NCBI GenBank assembly: GCA_013416795.1
Contig: RQSC01000018.1
Coordinates: 131,274-195,273, forward strand
Direction of reading: 5' to 3'
Length of the DNA: 64,000 nucleotides
DNA from: Prasinococcaceae sp. CCMP 1430
Taxonomy: Eukaryota > Plantae > Prasinodermophyta
Shown here piece by piece: positions 23,080 through 33,430 of this stretch; position 1 is the stretch's first letter; every line of letters starts with the position of its first letter. The translations under genes were made by a program, and so were the position numbers. The notes beneath the pieces were generated by a model. It was not told the DNA's origin. It worked only from the letters and a program-made list of their open reading frames with translations, and did not search any database.

Positions 23080-26000
23080 ATGGCGCCCGGGGCCGCGGCT
23101 GTAACCGCCGCGAAAGCGATGAGCTGGGAGCTGGTGACGGACGTGCCGGCGCCTGCGGCCGGCGGGGGCGGTTGCGGCGGCGAGTCGGTGGTCGCGACGA
23201 TCCCATCGGAGGAAGTGGCGGCCGCCGCAGCCCTCGCGATGTCGGCGTTGGAGAGGGCAGGGCCCCGAGACGGCGAGAGAGACGAGCCTGGCGAGGGCGG
23301 CGCGCCCTCGCCGCCATGCAAGAGGCCGCGCGCGAGAGGCTACTACCGTTCGCCCGCGCTCGGAAGGCTGATGGCCATCGAGTGCGACGCAGAGGCGGTG
23401 CTGGTGGCCGAACGTCGAGAGCGCGACCGCGGGAGGCGTACTGTTTTCGCAGCCGCGCGTCCAGACGGGACAGCATTCGAAGACGTCGACGAGCCAACCG
23501 TTGAGGCCCCCGCGGCCTCGAGCGCACTGAAGCGGAGGGACGCGCGTGACATTGCTAGGCGCCTCGCCGTCGCCGCCCGCAGCCTGCGGCACGCGCAACC
23601 ACCTGCAGACCCACTTAGTAGTGCCGTAGGCGCGGTGCTGCTCACCTCCCCACGCGTCGCGAGGCTCTGCGGTGCCATCGTGCACGTTCCAGGATGGATC
23701 TCGGCGGCGGACGGCGCCACGTTGCTGTGCGCGATCGAGTGCGAGATCAACGCCCACGACGGGTGGCGGCAGGACATGCTCAACATACACGGGCAGAGGT
23801 GGCCTGAGCCGCGCCTAAAGGCATTCTTCGGCTGCAGGAGCTACGTGTACCACGGCGTGACCATGGAGGCGCGCACAATGCCGCCCGTCCTTGCCGCCGT
23901 CACACGCGCGGTGAACACGACCTGCGGCACGAGGCACAACAGCGTGATGGCCACACTCTACCGCAATGGCTCGGATGCCATCAGCTTACACGCGGATGAC
24001 GAGCCCTGCCTGGGAGACAAGACCGAGTCCTCTGTGACCAGCCTCAGCCTGGGAGACTCGCGCGTCTTCGCCATGAGCTCCCACGCGCTCGGCAGCGGCG
24101 CGCCCTGCGTGCGCGTCGAGCTCGCTGGCGGCGATCTGCTGCACATGGGCAAGGGCGTGCAGCACCACTGGAGGCACCGAGTCGACAAGACTGGCTGCAG
24201 GGTCGGTCGGCGGATCTCGCTCACATTTCGCACGATCGTCCACGGTGACATTGGCGTTGGCGGCTCCGGCGAAAGTGATGGCGTGGCAAGGGAAGACAAG
24301 GATGACATCGGCGGCGGTGGTACGTCGGAGGGGGCATGCCGCAGCGACCAGGACTGCCCTGACGTCAGTGCCGATGGGGCTGATAACGACGCGGGTAATG
24401 AAGATGGGGGGCAGATGGCGGAGGTCAGCTCGGCACCCGTGCCACTCCACCTGATGGTGCCGCTGCTGAGCCTGATCTCGCGATGTCAAAGCACAACGCG
24501 TCCGGCGCCCCACCTGCAAAGGGACGCGAGGGAGCACATCGCTGCTGACCCGCACCTGGCAGAGCTCGTGCCACCCTCTGTGCACGCGAGGCTCGGGCTT
24601 CCCCTGCGCCTGCCATCCACGGCACCCTTTGTGCCCCAGACACCGGAGCCCGGCCATTTCGCCTCACCTGCAGCGAGCGGCGCGTCGCCCCCGTCCGCGT
24701 CACCTTCGCAGTCACTGCTCGCAAGCCCCCGTGCAGGTGCCGGAGCTGCAGCTGCATTTCGCGTGGATGCGGCGGGCGCGAGCGCTTTGACTACCAAGCC
24801 GAGGTGCGCGAGCGTTCCTTTGGTTCTGATGGGCGTTCGAAGGCCTACCTATCGCGCGGGGCGCGCGCGCACGAATGTGTACCCGCGTGTGCCCAAGTGT
24901 GGCGAGTGCGCGCACTGCCTGAAGCCCTCGCTCAAGAAGGCGTGTCTCACCAATCGCGAGCTCCTGCGCCAATCGCTGCTGGCGTGTGGCATTAGCCTCG
25001 ACGCGGCACCTGGGGAGGCAGTGGGCGCCGCGGAAAAGATCGTGAACGCGTACAACGCCACTAAGTTCGCAATTGCCGATCCGTCGCAGGTGGTTGAGCT
25101 GCGTAGCTTCCCGCAGAAGAGCGTGCAGGCGCTCTGCAAGGCCGCCGAGGTGCCGGACAAGCCGGCAATTGCAGGTGGCGGGGGCTCGCTGGTGGGGGGC
25201 GCGGGGAGTGGGTACGCCGCAGTTAGTACCATGGCCGGCTGCGTGGATGACCGTGCGGGTGTAGGAGGGGTTGCGCACGGGCCTGGTCTTCACGCTGCTG
25301 ATGGCGCAACAGAAGACGTCAACGAGCACGGAACTTCTGTGCGTGCGCCTGAGCGCCGGCGGCAGTTCTACGCGCCTCCCGACGCTTACTATGGCGACCC
25401 ACCACCGAAGACGGGCGTGCGGGCGGGCGATGTTGTGGCTCTTGCAGACGCGTGGGGTCTCGGTCTGCATCGCTCGATGCGCCGCGGGATGACCGCGCGT
25501 CGATGGGGCCATCCCTCGCAGCCGTGGCCGTGCGAGAGCGTGAAGCTCTGCAGCGGGCAGAAGGACGCATTCAATGTGCGCACGGAGGACGCCAGCGTGG
25601 GCACAGCTGGTGGCGCATCTGGCACGGCTGCGTTGTCGCCAGCAGCGGCTCAGGGTGCGCTTCGCCACTACGTGGGCGACGGCTTCTACCAACGTAGGCC
25701 CAAGGGCATGGATGACGGTTGCCTCACATTTAGTGACGCATCCCTGCTGGCATCGGAGTGCTACGACGTGCCCGTTAGAATGGTGCACCTGCCGAACGGG
25801 GGCACGGGCGGCTGCATCTACGGCGGCCTGTACTGGGTGCGCTGCCATTACTGCCTTTTCGATGGCATGGCCAAAGAGCTGCGCTTCCGACTGACCTTCG
25901 TCTTACAACGTGTGACAGCGGGCAAGGATGCGAGCGTGGCGGCTGCGCGTTGCGAGGCGATCAACGCGAGGCTTCGACCTGTCCAGGAGCTGGAGAGGCG

Positions 26001-26181
26001 GACCGGCCGGCTGGTGCCCGTCGGTGAGGGCATGCGAGAGATACTTGCGAGCGCACGCAGCGAGCGGAGCGCTCCGCCACCGGTTGCTGCGCTCACGCGC
26101 GACATCGCGGTCAAATTTGCGATCGAGAGCGTCGTAGCGAGGACCTTGCTGGCGGTTGGCGAGCTTGCGGGCGAGCAGTGA
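23080..26181 (+). CDS. Multidomain protein: AlkB-family (ALKBH2/3-like) Fe(II)/2OG dioxygenase + mono-CXXC Zn finger + SRA/YDG-like domain
   Basis: AlkB ~23690-24240: EPRLKAFFG..SYVYHG, HNSVMATLYRNGSDAISLHADDEPCLG, SLSLGDSRVF, HGxGVQHHWRHRVDK-like segment, RISLTFR. Cys cluster 24898-24960: CGECAHCLKPSLKKAC. SRA-like ~25380-25915: YYGDPPPKTGVRAGD..GLH..CESVKLCSG..YVGDG..LTFSDASLLAS..VPVRMVH..IYGGLYWV..FVLQR. Confidence 0.8.
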   Translation: MAPGAAAVTAAKAMSWELVTDVPAPAAGGGGCGGESVVATIPSEEVAAAAALAMSALERAGPRDGERDEPGEGGAPSPPCKRPRARGYYRSPALGRLMAIECDAEAVLVAERRERDRGRRTVFAAARPDGTAFEDVDEPTVEAPAASSALKRRDARDIARRLAVAARSLRHAQPPADPLSSAVGAVLLTSPRVARLCGAIVHVPGWISAADGATLLCAIECEINAHDGWRQDMLNIHGQRWPEPRLKAFFGCRSYVYHGVTMEARTMPPVLAAVTRAVNTTCGTRHNSVMATLYRNGSDAISLHADDEPCLGDKTESSVTSLSLGDSRVFAMSSHALGSGAPCVRVELAGGDLLHMGKGVQHHWRHRVDKTGCRVGRRISLTFRTIVHGDIGVGGSGESDGVAREDKDDIGGGGTSEGACRSDQDCPDVSADGADNDAGNEDGGQMAEVSSAPVPLHLMVPLLSLISRCQSTTRPAPHLQRDAREHIAADPHLAELVPPSVHARLGLPLRLPSTAPFVPQTPEPGHFASPAASGASPPSASPSQSLLASPRAGAGAAAAFRVDAAGASALTTKPRCASVPLVLMGVRRPTYRAGRARTNVYPRVPKCGECAHCLKPSLKKACLTNRELLRQSLLACGISLDAAPGEAVGAAEKIVNAYNATKFAIADPSQVVELRSFPQKSVQALCKAAEVPDKPAIAGGGGSLVGGAGSGYAAVSTMAGCVDDRAGVGGVAHGPGLHAADGATEDVNEHGTSVRAPERRRQFYAPPDAYYGDPPPKTGVRAGDVVALADAWGLGLHRSMRRGMTARRWGHPSQPWPCESVKLCSGQKDAFNVRTEDASVGTAGGASGTAALSPAAAQGALRHYVGDGFYQRRPKGMDDGCLTFSDASLLASECYDVPVRMVHLPNGGTGGCIYGGLYWVRCHYCLFDGMAKELRFRLTFVLQRVTAGKDASVAAARCEAINARLRPVQELERRTGRLVPVGEGMREILASARSERSAPPPVAALTRDIAVKFAIESVVARTLLAVGELAGEQ

Positions 26182-26278
26182 TGATGGCTCGGGGCCTGGT
26201 TGTAACATCAGACGTAGATATACTTTAGGCTACAGTGGTATGGTATAGTTTAGCAGGCAGCAACATCGCTCAGAGAAC

Positions 26279-26850
26279 TTAGAGCTCCTCTTTCTTGTGG
26301 TCGCCATCGCTGGCGCCGGACGCGCCGCCCGCCCACGCGAGCTTGAGCGTCGCCTCCATCGCGTCCGCGATCTGACCCACGTGCGTATAGTAGTACGGAT
26401 AGTTCTTGTTGCCGTCTGTGTTGGTGAGCTCGGGGTGTGGCGTGCCGTCCGCAGACAAGAAGATGACGCGCGGCACGTAATCCGCGCCGCCCGGCTGCAG
26501 TCGTTTGTCCTCGTGCGGCACTCTCGCACTGGCCGGAATTTTGAACAGCACCTGGCTGCGAGTCTTTGCCCGCCCGCCAGCGTCAGCATCGGAGACTGAC
26601 ACCATTGTGAAGCTCCGGCTGAGCGCTGCGAAACGCGCATACTCGGCCTCGTCCTTCTCGAACGTGGCCTTGAGGCTTTTGCACGCGCCGCAGTAGCCAC
26701 GGTGCACGAGCGCCAGAATTGGCTTCTCGCCCACCTCGCTCGTTGCATTCGCGAACGACATCCATTCCACCCCATCACCAGGCACGTTGGACACCCACTC
26801 GTCTCCGCTGTCCTCCGCCGCCACCCCAGCCGCGGCGAGCGCGACGAGCG
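26279..26850 (-). CDS. ER thioredoxin-fold protein, ERp18/TXNDC12-like (N-terminal signal peptide/start not resolved)
   Basis: VEWMSF..KPILALVHRGYCGACKSLK, FTMVSV, PGGADYVPRVIFLSADGTPHPELTNTDGNKNYPYYY, and C-terminal ER-retention-like KEEL. Confidence 0.85.
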
Positions 26851-27432
26851 TCCGGCGCCCCGTTTGGCGCGCCCCTTCGCGCGCGCTCGCGCAGAGCGCC
26901 CGCGGCCGCGCCCACGCGCTGCCATCCACGTCATCCACGCCATCGCTGCTGCGACGCCGCGGTCGGACGCCGACGCTTCCCGCCCACCCGCGCGTGCCAC
27001 CCGCAGTGCGTGCAGTGTGGCGTCGCCGCGCTCCCGCCGCCCGCGATGACCATGTCAACAGCCAGACCAGAGTTCAACAGACTGACCTGAACAGCCAAGA
27101 GGCACGAGCCACCAGGCAAACACCCAATGTCGAGTCGCGTGCAGAAGGTGCATCCTCATTGACATCATATGTAGCCACGGGCGATTACAAGGGGTCTATG
27201 TGTCACACACATTGCCAGCTGGCATATGGCGAATGTGCGCGCTCATGCGCGTGCGCCATGTGGCCAGTGCGCCCGAGAGGACGCGCTGCGTGGGTGCGCT
27301 CCACGCTCGCGACCACGAGCAGCAGCGCTCGCATGAACACCCAACTCAACTGCACCAAAGCGTTCTGTTACGAGCGTAGCTGCCCACCTCGAGGCCTTGT
27401 ATGTATACAGCAGAGTACAACACGTGGGCCGC

Positions 27433-28798
27433 CTATTCGACAGACACGAATCCCCCCGAACCGGCCACGCGCGCCTTGTCTCGGACCAGGTCGTGGTGCC
27501 AGACGAGCGGCGGCGTCTCGCTCGCCGTGTCGGACAGCTTGACGCTTACGCTGTCCACCGGCACGTGGACCTCATACTCATAGGCATTGCCGTCGGCAGC
27601 CATCACCACAAGCCGCACGGCAGCGGCCTTGCGCTCGCTTTGGGCGTGCCACTCGGGCACGCCGAAGGAGCCGTCGGGCCACGTCAGGGCGCACAGCTTC
27701 GGAACGCGCCCGGACGGCAGCCGCACGATGACTGCCGCTGCAGGGGGCTCCACAGCGTCCACCAGCCGCTCGGGCACCACACCTGCCGAAGCGGCTGCGG
27801 TGAGAGCACCGCGTGCCCATCTCCGCAGCTTCGCAGCTGCGGCACCGGCAGCGGCCGCTGGGCCGTCGCCACCATCGTCCTGAATACGACTGGCGCTCAC
27901 ACCACCCTCCGCTCTTCTGGCCTCGCCAGCTCCGGGGTCCATGCGAAATACGTGCACTGAGCCTGAGTCAGAGGTCGCAGCCAACAGCCGCGTACCGCCC
28001 GCCTCCGGAGCGGGCGAGAAGGCGAGTGCGCACACCATGGCTGGCTGTCGTCCACGCCGGAAGGAGGCGACGCGCTGAGCCGTGCGAACGTCAAAGACGC
28101 GCACGATGGTGCCCTTCGAACTCGCCGTCGCCAGCAGCGCAGCCGACGCGTCTGGTGCGAACGCGAGCGCCGACACCCGCGACTTGTGCGCGTGCACCTC
28201 GCCGAGCACCTCGAGCCGTTCAGTGTCATAGAGCAGCACGGCCCCAGGTCGTGCGTCGGCAGCCGGTAGCGCGAGCACGCCGGTGTCGCTAATCGCGCAG
28301 AGTCCATCCGCGTCGCACGCACACGGCACGCGCGCGAGCTCCGCCTGGGTCTCGAGCGAGTACACGCGCGCCTCGCCAGGAGTGAGCGCGACCACTGCGG
28401 TGCGTGTCAGCCTTACGGCGGTCACCCTTGCTCCCACGCGCATGGCCACCACGCCCTCGGGGTCACTTTCGGCCGCTGCAGCGTCGCGAAGCACGAGTGT
28501 GCGCGGCGAAGGTCCCTCGACGCCCTCGGCGTCGCGCCCTCCGGCCCCTACATGCGCGAGAAGGTTTGTGGGCGGCAGGCACTCAGCGACGCTCACTGCT
28601 CCGCCCTCGAACACGAAGCGCGGCCGCGGCGGGGCCGCGGCGCTACGCCCGCGGAGCAGCGCGCGGCGCGCGTGCACCGCGAACCGCGAAGCCGCGCGCG
28701 CCGCGCGCAATGAGCAGCGACGCGTCGGGCGCCAGGGCCAGCGCCGCGGGCGAGTCCACGCCACCGCCCAGCGCGCCTCCGCCCGCCCCCCGGCCCAT
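27433..28798 (-). CDS. ATG18: Autophagy PROPPIN ATG18/WIPI; frameshifted in this assembly near 28677-28690
   Basis: WD40 propeller with AHKSRVSALAF, LLATASSKGTIVRVF, FRRG phosphoinositide-binding motif and ATSDSGSVHVF. The N-terminal blade (APDASLLIARGARGFAV) is in a different frame. Confidence 0.88.
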
Positions 28799-29248
28799 GC
28801 TTCCAGGCGCCGCGCGCGCTCTGCCACGCGTGCGAATTCTGTCTTTTCGTACATCTGCTCGCGCGCGCGCATCCAAAAAAGCGCACTGCCGCGCTCGCAC
28901 GCGCCAGAGCGTGTGGGAGCATCGGGCTCTTCATGGCGGCGCTCACATCCCGAGAGGAGAGCAATGAGGCAGTTGAGAACACCGTTCTCGCCAGCAACAG
29001 CGACGGGGACAGCGCTGCTGAGTGCGACGCCCTCAGCAGCGACGTGGAGTCCCACGACGGCGAGGAAGAGCTCGCCGGGGATGGCGACGCCGGACCGCTC
29101 AATTGCCATCTGCAAGTGGGCGAGCAGCGCATGGTGCGTGGGCGCAGGCACGCGCGCTCGCGCTGAGGGACACTGCGTGTAATACAAAGAAGGTGTAAAT
29201 AGTGCCGCAGGTGCATCACACGCGCGCGGTGAGCTCGCGCGCTCTGAT

Positions 29249-30328
29249 TCACCAGTTGTCGTCCGACGGCTTCCCGTCGAGCTGGGGCTTGGCGGCGAGG
29301 ACCTGCACTTTGCCGCCAGCGGCGATCTCGAGTACCTGCGGCGTGCCACTGAAGATGCCCCTACTCATGCCCACGTCGATGCGCCACACGCGCCCGTCAC
29401 ACGAAGCATTTGCGCCGCCTTCCTGCGGCGTGTGCCCCACCACCATTCGCTTCGCCCCGGTCGCCTCGAGCACGCTGCTCAGGTCGTTGCAGACGGACTC
29501 GTTGCTGGCACGGCCGTACACGCGCGTCCAGTACACGCCACCGTCGCCGTTGATGACCTGGCCCGGGAGCTTCCCGACGCCGCTCATCCACGCCGCCATG
29601 TCATAGTTTACTTTTTCGAGTCCGTACGCCACGTGCTGCGGGAGGACGCCCGCGTGCGCGAAGAGCGTGTCGTCGATCTGTAGCACCGTCGGGTTGGTCG
29701 CGAGCGCCATCGCGAGCGGACCGCCCGGCGCGAACAGGGCGAAGCGCGCCTCGGCTGCGGCGGTGAGCGTCCAGGGATCGCCCTCGGGGCGCGGACCCTG
29801 CGTCTCCTCGATGTACATTGCCGTCTCGCGGAACCCTCCCAGCGTCACATAGCGGAAGTCCCCCATTACGTTCATCGCCTCGTGGTTGCCGTGCAGCATG
29901 AACACGTCGCCGCCAGCTTCCTGCGCCTCCTCGCGCAGCGACGCGAACAGGCCGAGGAGGCGCAGCTCATCATCGCCACGGTCAAGAATGTCGCCGACCT
30001 GAACGAGGAGCGTGTCACCGCCCGTCCACTTTGGCATCTCGGTCATCACGACGCCAGTCCCCTGTTCGGCGCCCGCGCTCGCCACAGCTGCGTCCGCGTC
30101 CTCCTGAGAGACCACGCCCGCCAGCGCTAGCGCGCGCAGCGCCTGCGCCCAGTCGCCGTGCATATCTCCGATGGCGACGGCGCGGCGGCCTCGCGACTCG
30201 ACGTGCAGAGGAGGCGTCGCGACGGGCAGCGGAGTCGGCTCTGGCGGCGCCTTCGCCGCCGCCGCAGGGTCAACGTCCTGGAACGCCGCCGCCGCGCACG
30301 CCAGCAGGCCGCCGCGGCGAGTCGCCAT
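29249..30328 (-). CDS. SLP1: Shewanella-like protein phosphatase (SLP1-like, PPP family); start may lie in the upstream gap
   Basis: AIGDMHGD, VQVGDILDRG, HGNHEAMNVMGDFRYVT, LFAHAGVLP, WTRVYG, RMVVGHTPQ, WRIDVGMSRG. Confidence 0.9.
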   Translation of the reverse strand: MATRRGGLLACAAAAFQDVDPAAAAKAPPEPTPLPVATPPLHVESRGRRAVAIGDMHGDWAQALRALALAGVVSQEDADAAVASAGAEQGTGVVMTEMPKWTGGDTLLVQVGDILDRGDDELRLLGLFASLREEAQEAGGDVFMLHGNHEAMNVMGDFRYVTLGGFRETAMYIEETQGPRPEGDPWTLTAAAEARFALFAPGGPLAMALATNPTVLQIDDTLFAHAGVLPQHVAYGLEKVNYDMAAWMSGVGKLPGQVINGDGGVYWTRVYGRASNESVCNDLSSVLEATGAKRMVVGHTPQEGGANASCDGRVWRIDVGMSRGIFSGTPQVLEIAAGGKVQVLAAKPQLDGKPSDDNW

Positions 30329-30385
30329 CGGCGCCGCGCCGCCACCCCTGACGCCGCAGCGCCGCCCGTGCGCGAGCTGCGCCTG

Positions 30386-30603
30386 NNNNNNNNNNNNNNN
30401 NNNNNNNNNNNNNNNNNNNNNNNNNNNNNNNNNNNNNNNNNNNNNNNNNNNNNNNNNNNNNNNNNNNNNNNNNNNNNNNNNNNNNNNNNNNNNNNNNNNN
30501 NNNNNNNNNNNNNNNNNNNNNNNNNNNNNNNNNNNNNNNNNNNNNNNNNNNNNNNNNNNNNNNNNNNNNNNNNNNNNNNNNNNNNNNNNNNNNNNNNNNN
30601 NNN
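30386..30603. other. Assembly gap (218 N)
   Basis: N run. Confidence 0.95.
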
Positions 30604-31237
30604 CGCGCGCGCGGCCACACGCGCCGCCGCCGCCCCCCCGCCCGGCCGCCGATCCACATCACACACCAACCAATTCCACACTGACGAGATTCCGTAAGTA
30701 CCAAACAGGATATGTGCAGAATGTAGTCTATCGTGCGGAGAGTACCATCCGATGGCACGTACTCGCTATTTAGAGAGAGACGGCACAGACACGGTCCGCA
30801 CGGCTGCCACCGGCGGGGAGTGTGTGGCGAATCGGAATCGAATGCGGAACGCGGCGGTGCGCAGACTCTAGAATCGAATTGATGCCTGGTATCGCGAGCG
30901 TCGACCGGACGCGCGCGCGGGGCCGGCCCCGTTCGCGCGCGCGACGCGCGCGCGCGGCTTTTGATGGCGTTTCGGAGAGGCGGGGGGCCGTACGGCCCGG
31001 CGGCGGGCGCAAGCGAGGGGGGGGGGAGGGGGGGCGCTGAGATGGTCCCATCACACGAGGTAGTACCACCATGGCGCAGCTCTGCAGGCGACCATCGACG
31101 GCGGCGGGCTGGGCGCGTGCAGCTCGGCGGCGCGGCATCTCGTGGGACGCGCACGCCGCCCGAGGTGGTGGCCTGCTCGTGGCGGACTCATCTTGCTATT
31201 TGCTAGTACTACGTCTGGTCTAACGTGCGTCCACGCC

Positions 31238-31995
31238 TCACTCGTCGCCAGCGGGGGCGCCTGTGGCAGCCACGACTGCTGGCGCCTTCGGTCGGTGCGG
31301 CCGCGGCGCGCGTGGATTGCCCATGACGTAGAAGTCGCGCAGAAGGTCAACCGCCTCCTCGGCGAAAAAACCGCCGTGCGCCTCGTACGTGCCCGCACGC
31401 CAGCCTCCGGCGCTGGCGCCGGCGGGCGGCTCGCCAGCACACGGGCCCACGCCTGCAAGCGCGCGAGCGCGACAGAGAGGGTGCGGAGCGGCACGTCCGT
31501 GCTGCAGTCGTCAGCTGGCGGCAAGCACTCTCGACGCTCGAAAAGGGGGGGCGGCGGCTGGCGCGCATGTCGCTCGCACGCACCCTCCTCGTGCACGCGC
31601 AGGATCGATCCACACCCGCCAAACTTGTCGTTCGGGCACCCGTAGAAGACACGCTTGAGGCCTAGCGCAGAGAGTGCAGCGGCGCACATGATACACGGCT
31701 CGACGCTGACGAAGAGCTCGACGTCAGCGAGCAGCTGTGCGGCAGCCGGGCCGCCTGCGGCGGCCGCGGCGGCCCGTTCGGCATCGGCGGCGAGCAGCGC
31801 ATCGACTGCCTCCAGCTCCGCGTGGCGTGTCCCATCCTTGCTTGCGTTCGTGCGGTTTGCGCCCACGGCCAGCACACCATCCCCATCCCCGTCCCTAGCC
31901 CCGCCCTTCCCCCCATCCTCCAGCGCGAGCACGCAGCCGACAGGCGCTCGCCGCGCGTGAGCTGCTTGGTGGCGCCAAAGTCGATCAGTCACCAT
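31238..31995 (-). CDS. TAD2: tRNA adenosine-34 deaminase catalytic subunit TAD2/ADAT2, 2 exons
   Basis: PVGCV, GANRTN...[33 protein letters not shown]; intron 31583-31453; [22 protein letters not shown]. Confidence 0.9.
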
Positions 31996-32398
31996 CGCCG
32001 CCGCGCCCTCGCGCCCTCGCGTTGCCGCGCCCTCGCGTGGCCGCGCCGCTCGCACCGCGCGCCGGGCGAGATGTGGCGAGGGCTCGCTGGCGCTGGTACG
32101 ACCGGATATTTGGAGGGCGGCGTTCTTCTCACTAGGTCATGTGCGAGAACGCTCACGCTGCTGAAGCCGACAGCGGGCACGCCACTCGGCGCGCGGCGTT
32201 CCCGACACCCGACGTGCACCCTCTTTGCACACCGCCCCCTCGCAGGCCTTCCCGCCGCCGGCACGAGCACCCACATCACTGCACGCTCCCGCCTTGCGAC
32301 CGCTGCCGCCGCCTGCGCAGCAGCTTCGAGCAGGCGCCGTGCTTCCAGGGCGGGCGCACGGGGGGGGCGCCCGCTCTGGACGCGGTCGGGACGCAGAC

Positions 32399-33165
32399 AT
32401 GCTGCGGCGCGCGGCGTCTAGGCTCGCAGCAGCCGCGCGCGGTGGCCAGGGCGCGCGGCGATACGCCAAGGATGGCGGTGCCGCGGGGAAACAGCAGCCC
32501 GCCGCTGGCGGCAACGCCAACGCCAACGCAGGCAACGCGGGCGAGGGCCCGCTCGCGCCCGGCAGCGCTGGCAACGACCAGGGGAACCCGCTGAGCGCAT
32601 ACATGTTCCCGTGGGAGCGCTCCGTGCTCGACCACGGCGGCGAGGCGGGCAAGATCGACTCATGGACCAAGGCGTATTGGGCAGTTTTCGCCACTGCGAT
32701 GATCGGCTACGTGGCGTACGACCTCTCCACGGCGACAGCGCGCCCGAAGAAGGCCGAGAAGACGGCAGAAGAAGAGGTGAGCGGGGCGGTCATGCGCCGC
32801 GGCGCTCCGGGATGCGCACGCTGCGGTGGCCGAGCGTCGGCCGGTGACGTCGCGCATTTCTTGCCTCGCACATGCGCGAACGCGCATCGTGTATCGTGCA
32901 TCCTGCTGACCTATCGCGTGCCGCGCAGGAGTGGGAGCGTAAAGAGATCACGCGCATCGAAGAAGAGCGCGTGCGGCAGGCGCTCGCCGGCGAGGCGAAG
33001 CTGGGCGCGGCAGATGAGGATGTCTTCGAGGGTATGGAGCCCGCGCACATCGAGCTCTGGATGGCGCACGAGCGCACCAAACGCGGGAAGGCTTCTCTCC
33101 ACGACGTCGACCCTTACGAGGGGCTGAGCCCAGAGGAAATTCAGGCCCTGGTGGACGGCAAGTAG
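32399..33165 (+). CDS. Uncharacterised single-pass protein with a predicted mitochondrial presequence, 2 exons
   Basis: Exons 32399-32776 and 32929-33165 (phase-0 GT-AG). MLRRAASRLAAAARGGQGARRYA presequence; FPWER motif; TM segment YWAVFATAMIGYVAY; acidic DPYEGLSPEEI tail. Confidence 0.7.
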
Positions 33166-33430
33166 GCCTCGGGACGTGCTGTCGAGACCTGGCTGCAACG
33201 TGACCAGCGTGGTCGTCGCACGCTGCGGGTGCGCGTGCAGCGTCTACGAGCCAGTCTTTGCGTCAGTGCTGCGGGGCGCAGGCTGTTGTGTGCGCACATG
33301 CCGCGCGCGCCCCAGTACTTGCCGCGTGAGCGAGCTAGCCAGCACGCGCGTGTTACGAACGATTTTGAGCTCTTGAGCCGCGCGCGCCTGCTGAAAGGCG
33401 CTCGGCGCGCCGCTACCATCGGGCGCGCTA

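Noticed and set aside
27180-27300. Cys-rich stretch (MCHTHCQLAYGECARSCAC) suggesting a small metal-binding peptide
   Set aside because: It lies inside a longer low-complexity shadow ORF in intergenic DNA, with no codon bias, splice signals or family match.
31940-31995. Atypically short, divergent TAD2 N-terminus (possible 1-nt indel before PVGC)
   Set aside because: An alternative frame gives RGE near the expected GEVP motif, but the evidence is too weak to separate divergence from sequencing error.
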